Source: Pristiophorus japonicus | Taxonomy: Eukaryota | Direction of reading: 5' to 3' | Length of the DNA stretch: 64,000 nt | Assembly: GCF_044704955.1 (NCBI RefSeq) | Contig: NC_091998.1 | Coordinates: 44,516,001-44,580,000 of the forward strand | Shown here: positions 12,654-25,929 of the stretch, one piece after another | Layout of the letters: every line of letters begins with the position of its first letter | How positions within the stretch are numbered: position 1 is the stretch's first letter | Program-made: the position numbers and the translations under genes | Notes under the pieces: generated by a model | The model's input: the letters and a program-made list of their open reading frames with translations, nothing else | Database searches by the model: none | Told to the model about the DNA's origin: nothing

Positions 12654-13759
12654 AGGGATGATTTGATCGAGGTTTATAAGATGATGAAGAGAATAAATTT
12701 TGTTTGTGTAGACAGCTTGTTTCAACTAAGTTGGTTGGAGAGGACCAGAGGTCATGTAAGGCCAGAACTATATGATATGTCGAGGTGGTTCTTTACCCAG
12801 AGTAGTCCTTCAAGTGAGAGCTAGACCTGTTTCACCTCCTACAAAAGGTAGGTATGTGTAACATTAATCAGGATCAGAGTGGTCTCTTAAAACTAGTTTT
12901 GATCACCTGGAGTGTTAGAGAGGAATTTTACAGATCCCCTTTCCAATTGGCCTGAGTTTTTAATCTGATTTTTTACCTTCCCATAAGAGATCACATAGCT
13001 TTCGGGTGGGGTGGCGAGTGTGTATATTGTGATGACAATGCATCCAGCCTGTTTGGGACAGTGGGTCTTTTCCTGTCCATTCAATCTGTTTGGGACAGGC
13101 TGGATGGACCAAATGGTCATTTCCTGTCCATCATTGTTCGTATGCCTGTTGTTAGTCTGGTGATCCTTCTTGCTGCCCCCCCACCTCCCAACTCCTCCAT
13201 TGCAACCATTCTGGTCTATTTTATTGGTAGTTCTCTGGTTAGGTCTCTTCCATGTCCTTTCTTGTTCCTAGATATCCTGCCTTCTATCTTCCTCCTCCCC
13301 TACATTCTCATGTTTTTGAAATCAAGATTCATGTAGTGTTTCTACCCTAACTCACTCCTTCCCAAGAATTCACAGTTGTTGAGCTCCTCACCACTCCCAG
13401 TTTTCCATTCCTCATGTAAACTACAGGCTTTTAAAGTTCAAGCTTGGCATTACCTAATCACGACATCTTCTTTCCAACCTTGGTATCCTGCGCTGTGAGC
13501 TTTGGCACTTCAATTATAAATTAAAAACCAGGTTGCTCCAGATTCAGTGGGATCTGCTCATTGTGTACAAACTGGATTCTGAATCTTCTCGGGTTTGCTA
13601 GAAAAGAGAGTATTTGCACACTCGGTGTTGTGGTATATTTATACTTATACAGTCCTTGGCATTTTAGGGATGATTTTCCTGCATTTGCGCTACCAGTGCA
13701 GATCAGGAAATTGGGCGTGCCATCTATGATTTTCCAGCCATTAATTTTTACTGCAGCGT

Positions 13760-14380
13760 AGGTTTACCAGAATGATACCCGGACTCCAAAGGTTAAGTTA
13801 CGAGGAAAGATTACACAAATTAGGGTTGTATTTGCTAGAATTTAGAAGGTTAAGGGGTGATGTGATCAAAGTTTTCAAGATATTAGGGGGAACAGATAGA
13901 GTAGATAGAGAGAAACTATTTCTGCTATTTGGGCACAATCTAAAAATTAGAGCCTGACTTTTCAGGAGTGAAATTAGGAAACACTTCTACACACACAGGG
14001 TGGTAGAAGTTTGGAACTGTCATCCGCAAACGACAGTTGATGCTAGATTAGTTAATTTTAAATCTGAGATCGATAGATTTTTGTTAACCAAAGGTATTAA
14101 GGAATATTGACCAAAGGAGGGTATAGAAACATAAAAAATAGGTGCAGGAGTAGGCCATTCAGTCCTTTGAGCCTGCACCACCATTCAGTATGATCATGGC
14201 TGATCATGCAACTTCAGTACCCCATTCCTGTTTTCTCTCCATAACCCTTGATCCCTTTAGCCATAAGGGCCAAATCTAATTCCCTTTTGAATATTTTAAG
14301 TTAGGTCGCAGACGGTCCACGATCTCATTGAATAGCGGAACAGGCTCGAGGGGCTCAAGGGCTTACTCCTGCTCCTATGT
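13760..14380 (+). mobile_element. CR1 3' end with a nested antisense CR1 tail (about 14125-14297)
   Basis: MIPGLQRLSYEERLHKLGLYLLEFRRLRGDVIKVFKI. Confidence 0.8.
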
Positions 14381-14675
14381 TTAATGGGTGTCCACAATTT
14401 CTGACTATGTATGGTCGGTGGGTGAGTCTCTACACTGGCCCAATGTTCATTAATTGCTGCCCACTTATCAACTCCTATGAGACAGCTTGGAGCAATTATT
14501 AGGATAGGAAAGGCAGCTGTATATATTATAAAACAGTGACAGAGGATGAATTATTGAAAGGCTTGCAAGGTCTCACAACGGGAGCACAGCCTCTGATAGA
14601 TGTACTAATGCAGTTGCCACTGTGAATGACACACACATCTTCTGAACATCTGTTCTCTTGCTTGTTGTTCATAGG

Positions 14676-16292
14676 ATGCCAGCACTATTGGGGCTTTTCA
14701 GCGTGTGCCTCCTGGTGATCACGGGGAGCTTATACCACCCCCGCCTGCTGAGTGATGAAGTTGAGAGTGAAGAGGTCCAGTCAAGAATGAAGGAGCAGGA
14801 GGACCACTACAAGCTGGAAATGGAGCGCCTCCAGAAAGAAGTGGATGAGAAAACTAATAGCGAGCATGAAATGAAGGTTAATAACAACGTAAGAGCAGAA
14901 AACACATTGCAGATAGATTGGAACACCTGGAATATTCTCCTAATGGTCACAATTCTGTTCGTGGAACTGTGGAGACAGGACACTTGGCCCCAGATACCAC
15001 ACAACTATAACAGCGAGGAAGAAGAGGAAGGAGAAAAGGAAAATGAATTTCCTCAACGAATTTATAGCAACATTTTGAATATTCCTGACAAATGTGTGCT
15101 GGATCAATTTTACGACACATGTATTCAGAATGGGAGTCAAGAGCCGCTGCAGACGAGCGAATTTGTTGAAAGCTTTGTGGACAATCTCTTGGAAGCCTGT
15201 AGAACCCTTTGCCAATGGGATTCTGAGCTGATCCTTGAAGACTGTGTGGGCATTGGGAGTCAGTTTGAGAGATGGGGCTGCAAGACGCCCTCGGTGTATG
15301 ATATTTTGGTTCCGATTTATCTTCAGGATGAATATTGCTTTAAACCGGAGATCTGTTGCTGTGACATCCCACCTGATAAGCAAAGTTATGGCCGGATTGT
15401 TATGGTAACACCTAGCAGCACTGACTTGGGCTGCCTGTGTAAAAACACTGAACTCGAAGGAGATGTTCTCTGCCTTATTCACAGCAAAAGGTTTGAAGCT
15501 GATGTTCGTGCCAATTGCCTGGCTTCTATCGTGTGCTCTGAATGGTATTTGGACTACAAGAAAGTCCTGAAATGGTTCAGGGTTGCACTGGCAAAATCCT
15601 GGAGCAAGGTTTGTCATAAGTACGATTTTCAACTTTCCTTCCATAATATCACTGGTTGCTGCGGTTTGAAAGTTGAGTATCAGTCGGGACGAAACATCTA
15701 CATTAAAGTCTTCCCTGCTGTGAGGCTGAAGGATTCAGACGTTTACCTCGTGTCCAACTTTTCCGATTACGCCAAGAATACTGTGCTGTCCACTACCTAC
15801 TGGCACATATCCTGTGCTGTCTGCGAATATCGATTTCTGAAAATCATGGCAAAAAGTGTGCCCAAAAACAGCTGTCACCTCAAGTGCCTTCAAATATTGA
15901 TCTTTCTAACTGAAAAGCTGCGCAGCGCTCCAGACCAGCGGATCGTTCTTGGGTCCTACCTTTTTAAGACTGTACTTATGCATCTGTTGTTAAGTCAGCC
16001 GTACTCAAACTGGCACGAATGTCACCTGGAACATAGGCTCAGAGACATTTTGAAGTACCTTGGAAAATGCTTGGATGAAAAACGGCTCCACCGATTTATG
16101 ATTGGGAATCAGACCTTTCCTAAGCAAATTGGAATCCCGGAAATGCTTCTGTATGCCGAGCCTATAAACCTCTTCCGGTCCTTTGTGACACAGCGTGATT
16201 CTTACAGTCAGGCACTAATGGAATATCAAAAACTACTAAGAGACATGGGTCCGTTAATGATGGAATGCATTAAAGATAATACAGTCAGCTGA
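14676..16292 (+). CDS. ITPRIPL1: ITPRIP-like 1; type I membrane protein with Mab-21/cGAS-like fold, 538 aa, single coding exon
   Basis: Intact ORF; acceptor ..gttgttcatag|G ATG at 14676; signal peptide, coiled coil, TM (WNILLMVTILFVELW), acidic run, EGDVLCLIH, SCHLKCLQIL, KTVLMHLL, LHRFMIGN, EPINLF motifs of the ITPRIP family; lies just upstream of NCAPH as human ITPRIPL1 does (paralogue choice rests on synteny). Confidence 0.88.
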   Translation: MPALLGLFSVCLLVITGSLYHPRLLSDEVESEEVQSRMKEQEDHYKLEMERLQKEVDEKTNSEHEMKVNNNVRAENTLQIDWNTWNILLMVTILFVELWRQDTWPQIPHNYNSEEEEEGEKENEFPQRIYSNILNIPDKCVLDQFYDTCIQNGSQEPLQTSEFVESFVDNLLEACRTLCQWDSELILEDCVGIGSQFERWGCKTPSVYDILVPIYLQDEYCFKPEICCCDIPPDKQSYGRIVMVTPSSTDLGCLCKNTELEGDVLCLIHSKRFEADVRANCLASIVCSEWYLDYKKVLKWFRVALAKSWSKVCHKYDFQLSFHNITGCCGLKVEYQSGRNIYIKVFPAVRLKDSDVYLVSNFSDYAKNTVLSTTYWHISCAVCEYRFLKIMAKSVPKNSCHLKCLQILIFLTEKLRSAPDQRIVLGSYLFKTVLMHLLLSQPYSNWHECHLEHRLRDILKYLGKCLDEKRLHRFMIGNQTFPKQIGIPEMLLYAEPINLFRSFVTQRDSYSQALMEYQKLLRDMGPLMMECIKDNTVS

Positions 16293-17803
16293 TTGAAAAC
16301 TGAGCCTTTGCTCCTGGGTTGGGAGCAGAATTATTTAACAGATATGTAATATTTACAGCCCTGCTAATAGATGTGTTATTTACATCCCACTCATTTCTGT
16401 TCTTCTTTAATACATAGCCCAAACATATCTGATGGCGTTTTATGGTCACATATTCGCCCCAGGGTGATGTGGGTGGTTTTTTTTGGTGGCAGATGCACTG
16501 AGGCTCTCTGCTTTCACCTCCTGCCCTCGGGGAACATTTATGACATTCACCCATTCGGACATCTTGGAAGTTGCAAAGATGTTGAAAGGAACTGTGTGAC
16601 TGAGGATTTCCTTTGTTTCTCAGATCATGAGCTGGCCTCGCCATTCCAAATGGGATGAGCTGGCAGTGAGTGGCCTAGTCATTCCAGATGAACTTGCAAA
16701 GGAGTAAATAGAGCGACGAGTCAGTGCTTTGGTGCGACGGTAGATATGGGTTAAATATCAGCTGACTGAGACACATTACCGAGCAAAAAAATAAATCCAA
16801 ACTTCTAATTCTTGCTCACTGCCATGTAGAAATCATGATGTAGTGACCAGGAGATCATCACGAATGTACTGCACAAATAAGGTCGATCGTCAGACTACTA
16901 CAATAGGTCAATCCTTTATTTGGTGCGGGACTGTCGTCTTCATAACCCTAACCACAATTTATTACGTGTGAAACTTTATTGCAAAGATTTGAACTACAAA
17001 TTAAACTTAAGACTTTACCATAGGAAACTGAGCAGAGCTTGCTTGTAGATTTTCTCACTAGATTTCCACATTTCTGTTGTTCATGGGTGAGTGAGGGTGT
17101 ATTCTGAAAGAAAGATGACAATTGTGCAAGGGCATCGTGAGGATTTTAAAATGAGGGAGGGACTGGTTGTCAACCAGATGTTTTTCTCTCCTTAAATCAG
17201 CGAGTACAAGCTTGAAGGTTGAGTGGATGCGTTCCCCGTGGGATGGTGATGAGCCAAAGGCCTCGGAGCTGCACGGCTTGTAGGAATGGAGGTGGGGCTG
17301 ATTTAATCTTAAAGCCCAACTCCATCCAAGGCTTGGGGCAGTCTCCATATTTGTGTCAGGCTCTTCCAAACCTCTCATACTCCTGGACAACGTGCAAGAG
17401 AGTTTGCCCTTTTGACCGGTGATCCCTCTCGCCATCCAGCCTGTTGCTGCCTTTCTTGTCTCCACTTTGTTTATATTAATTCAGTCAATACTCCTGCTGA
17501 ACTTTCCTTTGTTCAAACTACAACACCCTAATTCCTCGTTTCCTCACTGAACTGAAATGAAAATTCACACAATCTGCAACCCTTATCCTTTCAAAAGCCT
17601 CAAAACTGTGGAACTATTTACCTTTCTCAGTCTTTCCTTCTTTGCAATTTAGCAACTTAAAAAATAATATCTTTTCAACCGTGGTGATATTTTGTACAAG
17701 GCCTTGGGCCTTCATCCAGGATCATTTTTAAAATTGCAGTGTTCCTGTGTAATGTGTATAATAGGGTGATGTCTATTCTATTATATACTCTTGTTTTATA
17801 ATG

Positions 17804-17809
17804 AATAAA
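17804..17809 (+). terminator. Candidate poly(A) signal of ITPRIPL1
   Basis: AATAAA at the end of an AT-rich UTR-like stretch, followed by a T-rich tract. Confidence 0.5.
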
Positions 17810-19509
17810 CATTTTTATATTTTCTAACAGAGTTCACATCCTCAATCTTCTTAGCACATGGGAATGTGTCAGTTCCCACAACCTCCACTGTACATAACAG
17901 CAGTAGGGCAAGAGCAATACATTTTGGGCCAATGATGTATACTCCAAAGGAACTTCGGCATCCTTTAAGGAGATATCATTGCAGTTGTGCTTGGCATTTG
18001 GGACGTGTGCGTTTAATTGTATTTGATATGTAACATTAATAATTTAAAGAATCAGATAGGTTTCAGCAGAGGACACCCTTTGTTCTACTGTGTCTCTGTC
18101 AAAGCTAGTATTATATCAGAGCTGTATACTCCAATCTTTTCCTGTACATCTAATTTTCTTTTAAATGTAATTGACTTTGCAACCATATTCTGAAATCCTT
18201 CCTGTATGAATTTGTTTACCCGATCTACTCATTGGGCCGGCCCGCTCAAAATAGAAAGGAGCAACTTCACCCTGTACTGCTGGGTGGGTAACATGTACAT
18301 TCCCATACAGGTGCATAGTGTTGACTTGCCTTCATTGTATAGCTGTGGTCCCCAGATGATTGTGCACCTATCCAGACTGCATTTGAATATTTCTGAAATG
18401 GTTTGAAATGCCTTGAGTGCTTGGTGAGACCACGATGACAGATATCCAAATGGGAACTCCCAGAGCCTTTACTCATCAACTGTGTAGTCTAAAAGGGACA
18501 AATGTTATGTTATCAGATGAATAATACATTGTGATTTACGTGGTATATCCCTGTCTGTATAAAGTGACACATTCTCTGACTTACTGTGAGCAATACTGCG
18601 CGACATTTGCTAGTAATGTAATAAAAAATGGTGGGCCGAGCACACATTTCAAGTGTCGCACTCAATTTTCTGTCAAAAAGTCAAAACATATGCAGGATTC
18701 TGACCTGCAGCCTGAATAGCAATTAAACTGAATGAACTCACCCAGTGCTTACTTAACAGCAATTAGACATTGTGACCTTTATAGGGGTATAATCGCACCT
18801 TAGCAGCAGGCAATACGTTGTGGGTTGCTTGGTATGGCCAACACAACCCAAAAACAAATGAACTGCTCATTCCTCTATTGGGATCTTGCTGTGCACACTA
18901 GGAGCTGTATTTATCCAGATAACAGTGACATCAAAAGTAATTAATTGGATGCGACGTGCTGCGGATGTGATAAGGCACTAAATAAATATGTTTTTTATAA
19001 CGTTTCCGTCCTTATAAAGCACCATAATCACCCGACGTACTGTGACTAATGCCTTGAGAGATCTGCTAGTATTTATATATAATTGAGACATATGTAAATC
19101 CTGTCCATTATGTCACACCGTGGCAGTGTCACACAAATTTCTTGCAGCTGATTGGCTCATATGTAATTTTAGGTTACAATAAATTCTAAGAAATGCGACA
19201 TATTTAGCTACAGTTGGTTCAGTCTATAAAAAAAGTAAATATTTTTCAAACCAATTATCGTACCTCTTTCAGTGTTTACATGAGCGAGTCTCAGAAGGAG
19301 GTATTTTTAGTAGCAACTTGTCCCCACAGAGCAAGCCATTTCCTGCAAATCCTATGAATTCCAACCTGCTTTCTCCACATCCTTGCTTTCCACCTCGCCC
19401 CCCCGGCCACTACATGGGATTATTATGTCACATTCACAGCTCTGTGTGCAGGTGGATTCTAAGTCTTTTCCTTTGCTGCTCAGATGCGAGGCAGCACCTG
19501 ATTTTCTCT

Positions 19510-21470
19510 CTTTAAAAAGGAAGAGAGTAGCAAACACTGGTCCCTTAGAGGCTGAGACTGGAGAAATTATTATGGGGAATAAGAAAATGGCAGAAACGTA
19601 TATCTGTCTTCACAGCAGAAGACACAAAAAGCATACCAAAAATGGGGGGAACCAAGAGTCTAATGAGGGTGAGGAACTTACTGTAAATAATGTCAGTAGA
19701 GAAAAAGTACTAGAGAACGAATGGGACTAAAAGCCGACAAATCCCCTGGACCCGACAGCCTACATCTTAGGGTTTCAAAAGAGGTGGATGCATTGGTTTT
19801 GATCCTCCAAAATTCCCGAGATTCTAGAACGGTCCCAGCGGATTGGAAGGTAGCAAATGTAACACTGCTAATCAAGAAAGGAGACAGAAAACAGGGAACT
19901 ACAGGCCAGTTAGCCTGATAACAGTCATCGGGAAAATGCTGGAATTTATTGTTAAGGAAGTGGTATCAGGGTACTTAGAAAATCATAACATGATTAGGCA
20001 GAGTCAACATGGTTTTATGAAAGGGAAATCATGTTTTTTGAGGATGTAACTAGCAGGGTATACAAAGGGGAACTAGTGGATGTAATATATTTGGATTTCC
20101 AAAAGGGATTCAATAAGGTGACACATAAAAGGTTATTACACAAGATAAGGGCTCATGGAGTTGGGGGTAATATAGTAGCATGGATAAATTGGTTAACAGA
20201 CAGAAAACAGAGAGTAGGGATAAACGGGTCTTCTTCAGGTTGGCAGGCTGTAACTAGTGGGATGCCGCAAGAATCAGTGCTGGGTCCTCAGCTATTTACA
20301 ATCTATATTAATGACCTAGATGAAGGGACTGAGTGTAATGTATCCAAGTTTTCTGATGATACAAAGCTAGGTAGGACAGTAAGCTGTGAGAACAGAGAGT
20401 CTGTAAAGGGATATAGACTACATGAGTGGGCAGTAAGGTGGCAGATGGTGTATAACAGAATCATAGAAAATAGGTGCAGGAGCAGGCCATTCAATATGAT
20501 CATGGCTGATTATGCAACTTCAGTACCCCACTCCCGCCTTCTCTCCATACCCCCTGATCCCCTTAGCCGTAAGGGCCACATCTAACTCCCTCTTGAATAT
20601 ATCCAACGAACAGGACTCAACAACTTTCTGTGGTAGAGAATTCCACAAGTTCACCACTCTCTGGGTGAAAAAGTTTCTCCTCATCTCGGTCCTATATGAC
20701 TTACTCCTTAATGCAGGGAAATGTGAGGTTATTCACTTTGGTAGGAAGAATAGAACAACAGAATATTTTTAAATAGTGCTAAAATTTTAAATATTGGTGC
20801 TCAGAGATTTGGGTGTCCTCATGCAAGAAAGCTAGGATGTAGATACAGCAAGCAATAAGGAAGGAAACTGGAATGTTTATTGCAAGGGGGTTGGAGTATA
20901 TGAGTAAGGAAGTCTTGCTACAATTATACAGGATGTTGGTAAGACCACCCATGGAATACTGTGCACAGTTTTGGTCTCCTTAACTAAGGAAGGATATACT
21001 TGTCTTGGAGGCTAGATTGATTCTTGGGATGAGAGGGCTGTCCTATGATGAATGATTGTGCAGAATGGGCCTATACTCTGGTGTTTAGAAGAATGAGAGG
21101 TGATCTGATTGAAACATACAAGATTCTGAGGGGGATTGACATGGTAGATGCTGAGAGGTTGTTTCCCCGGGCTGGAATGTCTAGAATCAGGGGCATAGTC
21201 TCAGGATAAGGGGTAGGCCACTTAAGACTGAGATGAAGAAGGATTTCTTCACTCGGAGGATTGCAAAACTTTGGAATTCTCTGCCCCAGAGGATGCTGGG
21301 TCTTTGAGTATATTCAAGGCTAAGATAGATAGATTTTTGGGCTCTAGGAGAATCAAGGGATTTGGAGATCGGGTGGGAAAGTGGAGTTGAGGTCAATGAT
21401 CAGCCATGATCTTATTGAATGGTGGAGTGGGCTCGTAAAGCCTACTCCTGCTCCTACTTTTTATGTTCTC
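19510..21470 (+). mobile_element. CR1 LINE ORF2 remnant and 3' end, with nested antisense CR1 tail (about 20455-20710)
   Basis: [60 protein letters not shown]. Confidence 0.9.
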
Positions 21471-21934
21471 TTTAATGCTAACAGGCCAGACAGCTACCCT
21501 GGCAATATCCTTCCACTCCTCACACAGCAACCACTCATTCTGTGTCCATTCACCCTCTTGGGAGTTTCTGCTCTAACACACACATGCTTCTTATGTGATA
21601 CTCGTATGCCTTTTCTAAAATAACTAATAAGGAGACATGGTGTTGCCCCAATGTCATCAACCAAAAACCATACATGAGTGTCTTCTAAAGAGACACAATT
21701 AATAAAGAACTTAACAATAAAAACATAAACTTAAAAATATTATTACCAGTGTCCACTATACACTCCAGTCCCTGCGGTGTTAAGCCTTGTATGCAGAGGC
21801 CCCAGTGGAGCATAGTTCCATAAATCTATGTACCAAGCTGGCTTTTTCACAAGTCGCCACTAGAGAGTGCTAGTGTAATTCAAATACTGCAATGTGCAAA
21901 CTGTACATCCATCACCACTAGATGGTGAGCACAT

Positions 21935-22580
21935 ACGATATAGGAGCATGAGTAGGCCATTTGGCTCCTCAAGCCTACTCTGCCATTCAATAAGATCATG
22001 GCTGATCTACCTCGACTCCACCTTCCTGTACTTTCCCCATATCCCTTGGTTCACTTAGTACAGGTATCTAAAAATCTTATTGATTTCTGTCTTGAATATA
22101 CTCAATGACTGAACATCCACAGCCCTCTAGGGTAGAGAATTACAAAGACCCACAATCCTCTAAGTAAAGACATTTCACCTCATCTCAGTTCTAAATGGTC
22201 GACCCCTTATTATGAGACTGTGACCCCCTAGTTCTAGACTCCCCAGCTAGGGGAAACATCCTCCGAGCATCCAACCTGTCAAACTGCTTAAGAATTTTAC
22301 ACGTTTCAATAAGATCACCTCTCATTATTCTTAACGGCAGGGAATATAGGCCTAGTCTAGTCAATCTCTCCTCATAGGACAATCTCCCCCCCCCACCCAG
22401 CAATTCCAGGAATCAGTCTGGTGAACCTTCATTGCATTCCCTCGAAGGCAAGTATATCCTTCCTTAGGTAAGGAGACTAAAACTGTACACAGTATTCCAG
22501 GTGTAGTCTCACCAAGACCCTATATAATTGCAGTAAGATTTATTTCTCTTGAACTCCACTCCTGTTATAATAAAGGCAAT
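21935..22580 (-). mobile_element. CR1 3' fragment
   Basis: Minus-strand LSYEERLTRLGLYSL..MRGDLIET. Confidence 0.85.
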
Positions 22581-22789
22581 TATACTATTGCCATTTTGTG
22601 CACTGCAGCACTCACCACACTTCAGCAACAGAGGAATGATGCTAACTTATAGCTCCATGCATTTATTTTGCAGGACAGATGAGATTCCATAGTAAATCTA
22701 AAGGATGTGAAATCGCCATGGAATTTTACACCATTTTTAATTTAATCTTTCTAATCAAAAGAAAGATTAGGAAAGAGTGATCATGGCAT

Positions 22790-24930
22790 GGCTGAATTTC
22801 AAATTCAGTTGGAGGGTGAGAAAATTGGGTCTCAAACCAGTGCCCTGATCTTAAAGGTGATTACAAAGGTATGAAAGCAGTTGGCTAAAGTGGACTGGGA
22901 AAATAGATTAAAGAGTAAGACGGTTGATAAGCAGTGGCAGACATTTAAGGAAATATTTCATAACTCTCAACAAAAATATATCCCAGTGAGAAGGAAAGAC
23001 TTTAAGAGAAAGGAGAACCATTCGTGGCTAATTAAGGAATTATTAAATTAAAAACAATGGCATATAATGTTGCCAATATTAGTGGGAGGTCAGAGAATTG
23101 TGATATTTTTAAAAATCAGCAAAGGACTAAAAAAATAAGAGAGAAGATGGATTATGAGAGTAAACTAGCAAGAAATATAAAAACAGATATATAAAAAGGA
23201 AGAGAGTAGTTAAAGTAAATGTTGGTCCCTTAAAGGATGAGATTGGGGAATTAATAATGGGGAACAGGGAAATGGCAGAGACTTTGAACAAATATTTTGT
23301 ATCGGTCTTCACGGTAGAAGATACTAAAAACATCCCAATAATAGATTATCAAGGGTCTACAGGGAGGTGGGGAACTTAAAACAATCACCCTAACATTAAA
23401 GAAAAAGTACTAGGCAAACTAATGAGACTAAAGGTGGAAAGTCCCTTGGACCTGATGGCCTGCATCCTAGGGTCTTAAAAGAAGTGGCTGTAGAGATTGG
23501 TTGAAATCTTCTAAAATTTCCTGGATTCTGGAGAGGTCCCAGTGGATTGGAAAACCTCAAATGTAACGCCCCTATTTAAAAAAGGAGGGAGACAGAAAGC
23601 AGGAAACTATAGACCAGTTAGCCTAACATCTGTCATTGGGAAAATGCTTGAGTCCATTATTAAGGAAGTAGTAGCAGGATGTTTGGAAAAGCATAATACA
23701 GTCAAGCAGAGTCAGCATGGTATTATGAAAGGGAAATCATGTTTGACAAATCTGCTGGAGTTCTTTGGATTTCCAGAAGGCATTCGATAAGGTGCCACAT
23801 AAAAGGTTACAGCACGAGATAAGAGCTCAGGGGTTTGAGGGTAATAAATTAGCATTGATAGAGGATTGGCTAACTAACAGAGACCAGAGAGTAGGGATAA
23901 ATGGGTTATTTTTCGATTGGCAAACGGTAACTAGTGGGATGCCACAGGGACTGGTGCTGCGGCCGCAACTATTTACAATCTATATTAATGACTTGGATGA
24001 ACAGAACAAGTGTAATGCAGCCAAGTTTGCTGATGATACAAAGATGGGTGAGAAAGCAAGTTGTGAGGAGGACACAAAGAATCTGCAAAGGCTAAGTGAG
24101 TGGGCAAACATTTGTCAGATGGAGTATAATGTGGTAAAGTGTGAGGTTATCCACTTTGGCAGGAAAAATAAAAAAGCAAATTGTTATTTAACTGGTGAAA
24201 GATTACTAAATGCTGCAGTATAGAGGGAACTGGGGTTCTTGTGCATGAAACACAAAAAGTTAGTATGCAAGTACAGCAAGTAATCAGGAACGCAAATGGA
24301 ATGTTGGCCTTTATAGCAAGGAGGATGGAGTATAAAAGCAGGGAAGTCCTGCTACAACTGTACAGGGTATTGGTGAGACCACACCTATAGTAATGCGCAC
24401 AGTTTTATTTAAGCAGGGATATACTTGCATTGGAGGCAGTTCAGAGAAGGTTCACTAAGTTGATTCCTGAGAGGAAGGGGTTGTCTTTATTAAGAAAGGT
24501 TGAGCAGGTTGGGCCTATACTCATTGGAGTTTAGAAGAATGAATGTGATCTTATTGAAACATGATACTGAGGGGGCTCGACAGGGTAGATGCAGAGAGGA
24601 TGTTTCCAGTTGTGGGGGAATCTAGAACTGGGGGCATAGTTTAAGAATAAGTCGTCGCCCATTTAGAACTGAGATGAGGAGAAATTTATTTTCTTAGAGG
24701 GTCGTAAATCTATGGATTTCTCTGCCCCAGAGAGCTGTGGAGGCTGTGTCATTGAATATATTTAAGGTGGAGATAGACCGATTTTTGAACAAAAAGGGAG
24801 TGAAGGGTTATGGGGAGCGGGCAGGGAAGGGGAGCTGAGCCCAAGATCAGATCAGCCATGATCTTATTAAATGGCGGAGCAGGCTGCAGAGGCCAATGGT
24901 CTACTCCTGCTCCTATTTCTTATGTTCTTA
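22790..24930 (+). mobile_element. CR1 LINE ORF2 remnant and 3' end
   Basis: DWKTSNVTPLFKKGGRQKAGNYRPVSLTS, DFQKAFDKVPH, KFADDTK; tail ttcttatgttcttatg. Confidence 0.92.
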
Positions 24931-25018
24931 TGAAATGAGAGTGCGGATGGCTCAGTGGGTTAGCACACTGCCTTTTTCCACTGGGAACTCCGTTTCAGCT
25001 GAGATTGACAGAATCAAT

Positions 25019-25929
25019 GGGCCCAAGTTTCCACACGATAAAAAACGGGCGCCTCTCCGAGCTGGGCGCCCGTTTTTCGCGCTTAAAACAGCGCCTAAAA
25101 AAAACCTCGCAATTCTGGAGCGTTCTGCAGCTCCTTGTCTGCCTGGCGCGGCGCCGATTTCGTAAGTGGGAGGGGGCGGGTACTATTTAAATTAGTTTTT
25201 TTCCTGCCGGCAACGCTGCGCGTGCGCATTAGAGCGTTCGCGCATGCTCAGTGTGAAAAAAACATTGGCACTCGGCCATTTTTGTAGTTCTTTGTAGCTG
25301 TTTAATTTTTGAACATTTTTTAATAAAAGCACATTGCCATCAGCACATCAGCACTTGCAGCCTTCTCACTGTCTCCTTCCCCCCTCCCCTCCGCGGGAAC
25401 GAAACGGCTGTTTCCTTCCCCCCCTCCCCGCGGGAACGAACGCCTGCAACATTCTCCGTGCCTGAAGCACTTTCACACAGGTAGGAAGATGGTTTATTTA
25501 ATCTTTTCTTGGCTTATAAATGTTTATTCAGGTTGGATTTATTTGTATAATATTTGTAGAAGTATAAATAAGGATTTATTGTAGAATTTAATGAGTTCCC
25601 TTCCCCCCCCACCTCGTTCTGGACGCCTAATTTGTAACCTGCGCCTGATTTTTTAATGAGTAGAACAGGTTTTTTCAGTTCTACAAAAATCTTCACTTGC
25701 TCCATTCTAACTTAGTTTGGAGTACGTTTTCTCTGTGGAAACTTTGAAATCAGGCGTCAGTGGCCGGACACGCCCCCTTTTGAAGAAAAAATTCTGTTCC
25801 AAAGTAGAACTGTTCTACCTGACTAGAACTGCAGAAAAAAAAATGTGGAGAATTGCGATTTCTAAGATAGTCCGTTCTCCACCAGTTGCTCCTAAAAATC
25901 AGGCGCAAATCATATGGAAACTTGGGCCC
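25019..25929. mobile_element. PIF/Harbinger-type MITE, 3-bp TSD AAT
   Basis: TIRs GGGCCCAAGTTTCCA / TGGAAACTTGGGCCC; AAT at 25016-25018 and 25930-25932; close relative at 53834-54980. Confidence 0.9.

Noticed and set aside
14658-14675. N-terminal extension MLVVHR in the ORF track
   Set aside because: Starts at TTG within the polypyrimidine tract/acceptor; the ATG is at 14676
14940-15644. 234-aa minus-strand ORF
   Set aside because: Antisense shadow of ITPRIPL1 with no recognisable motif
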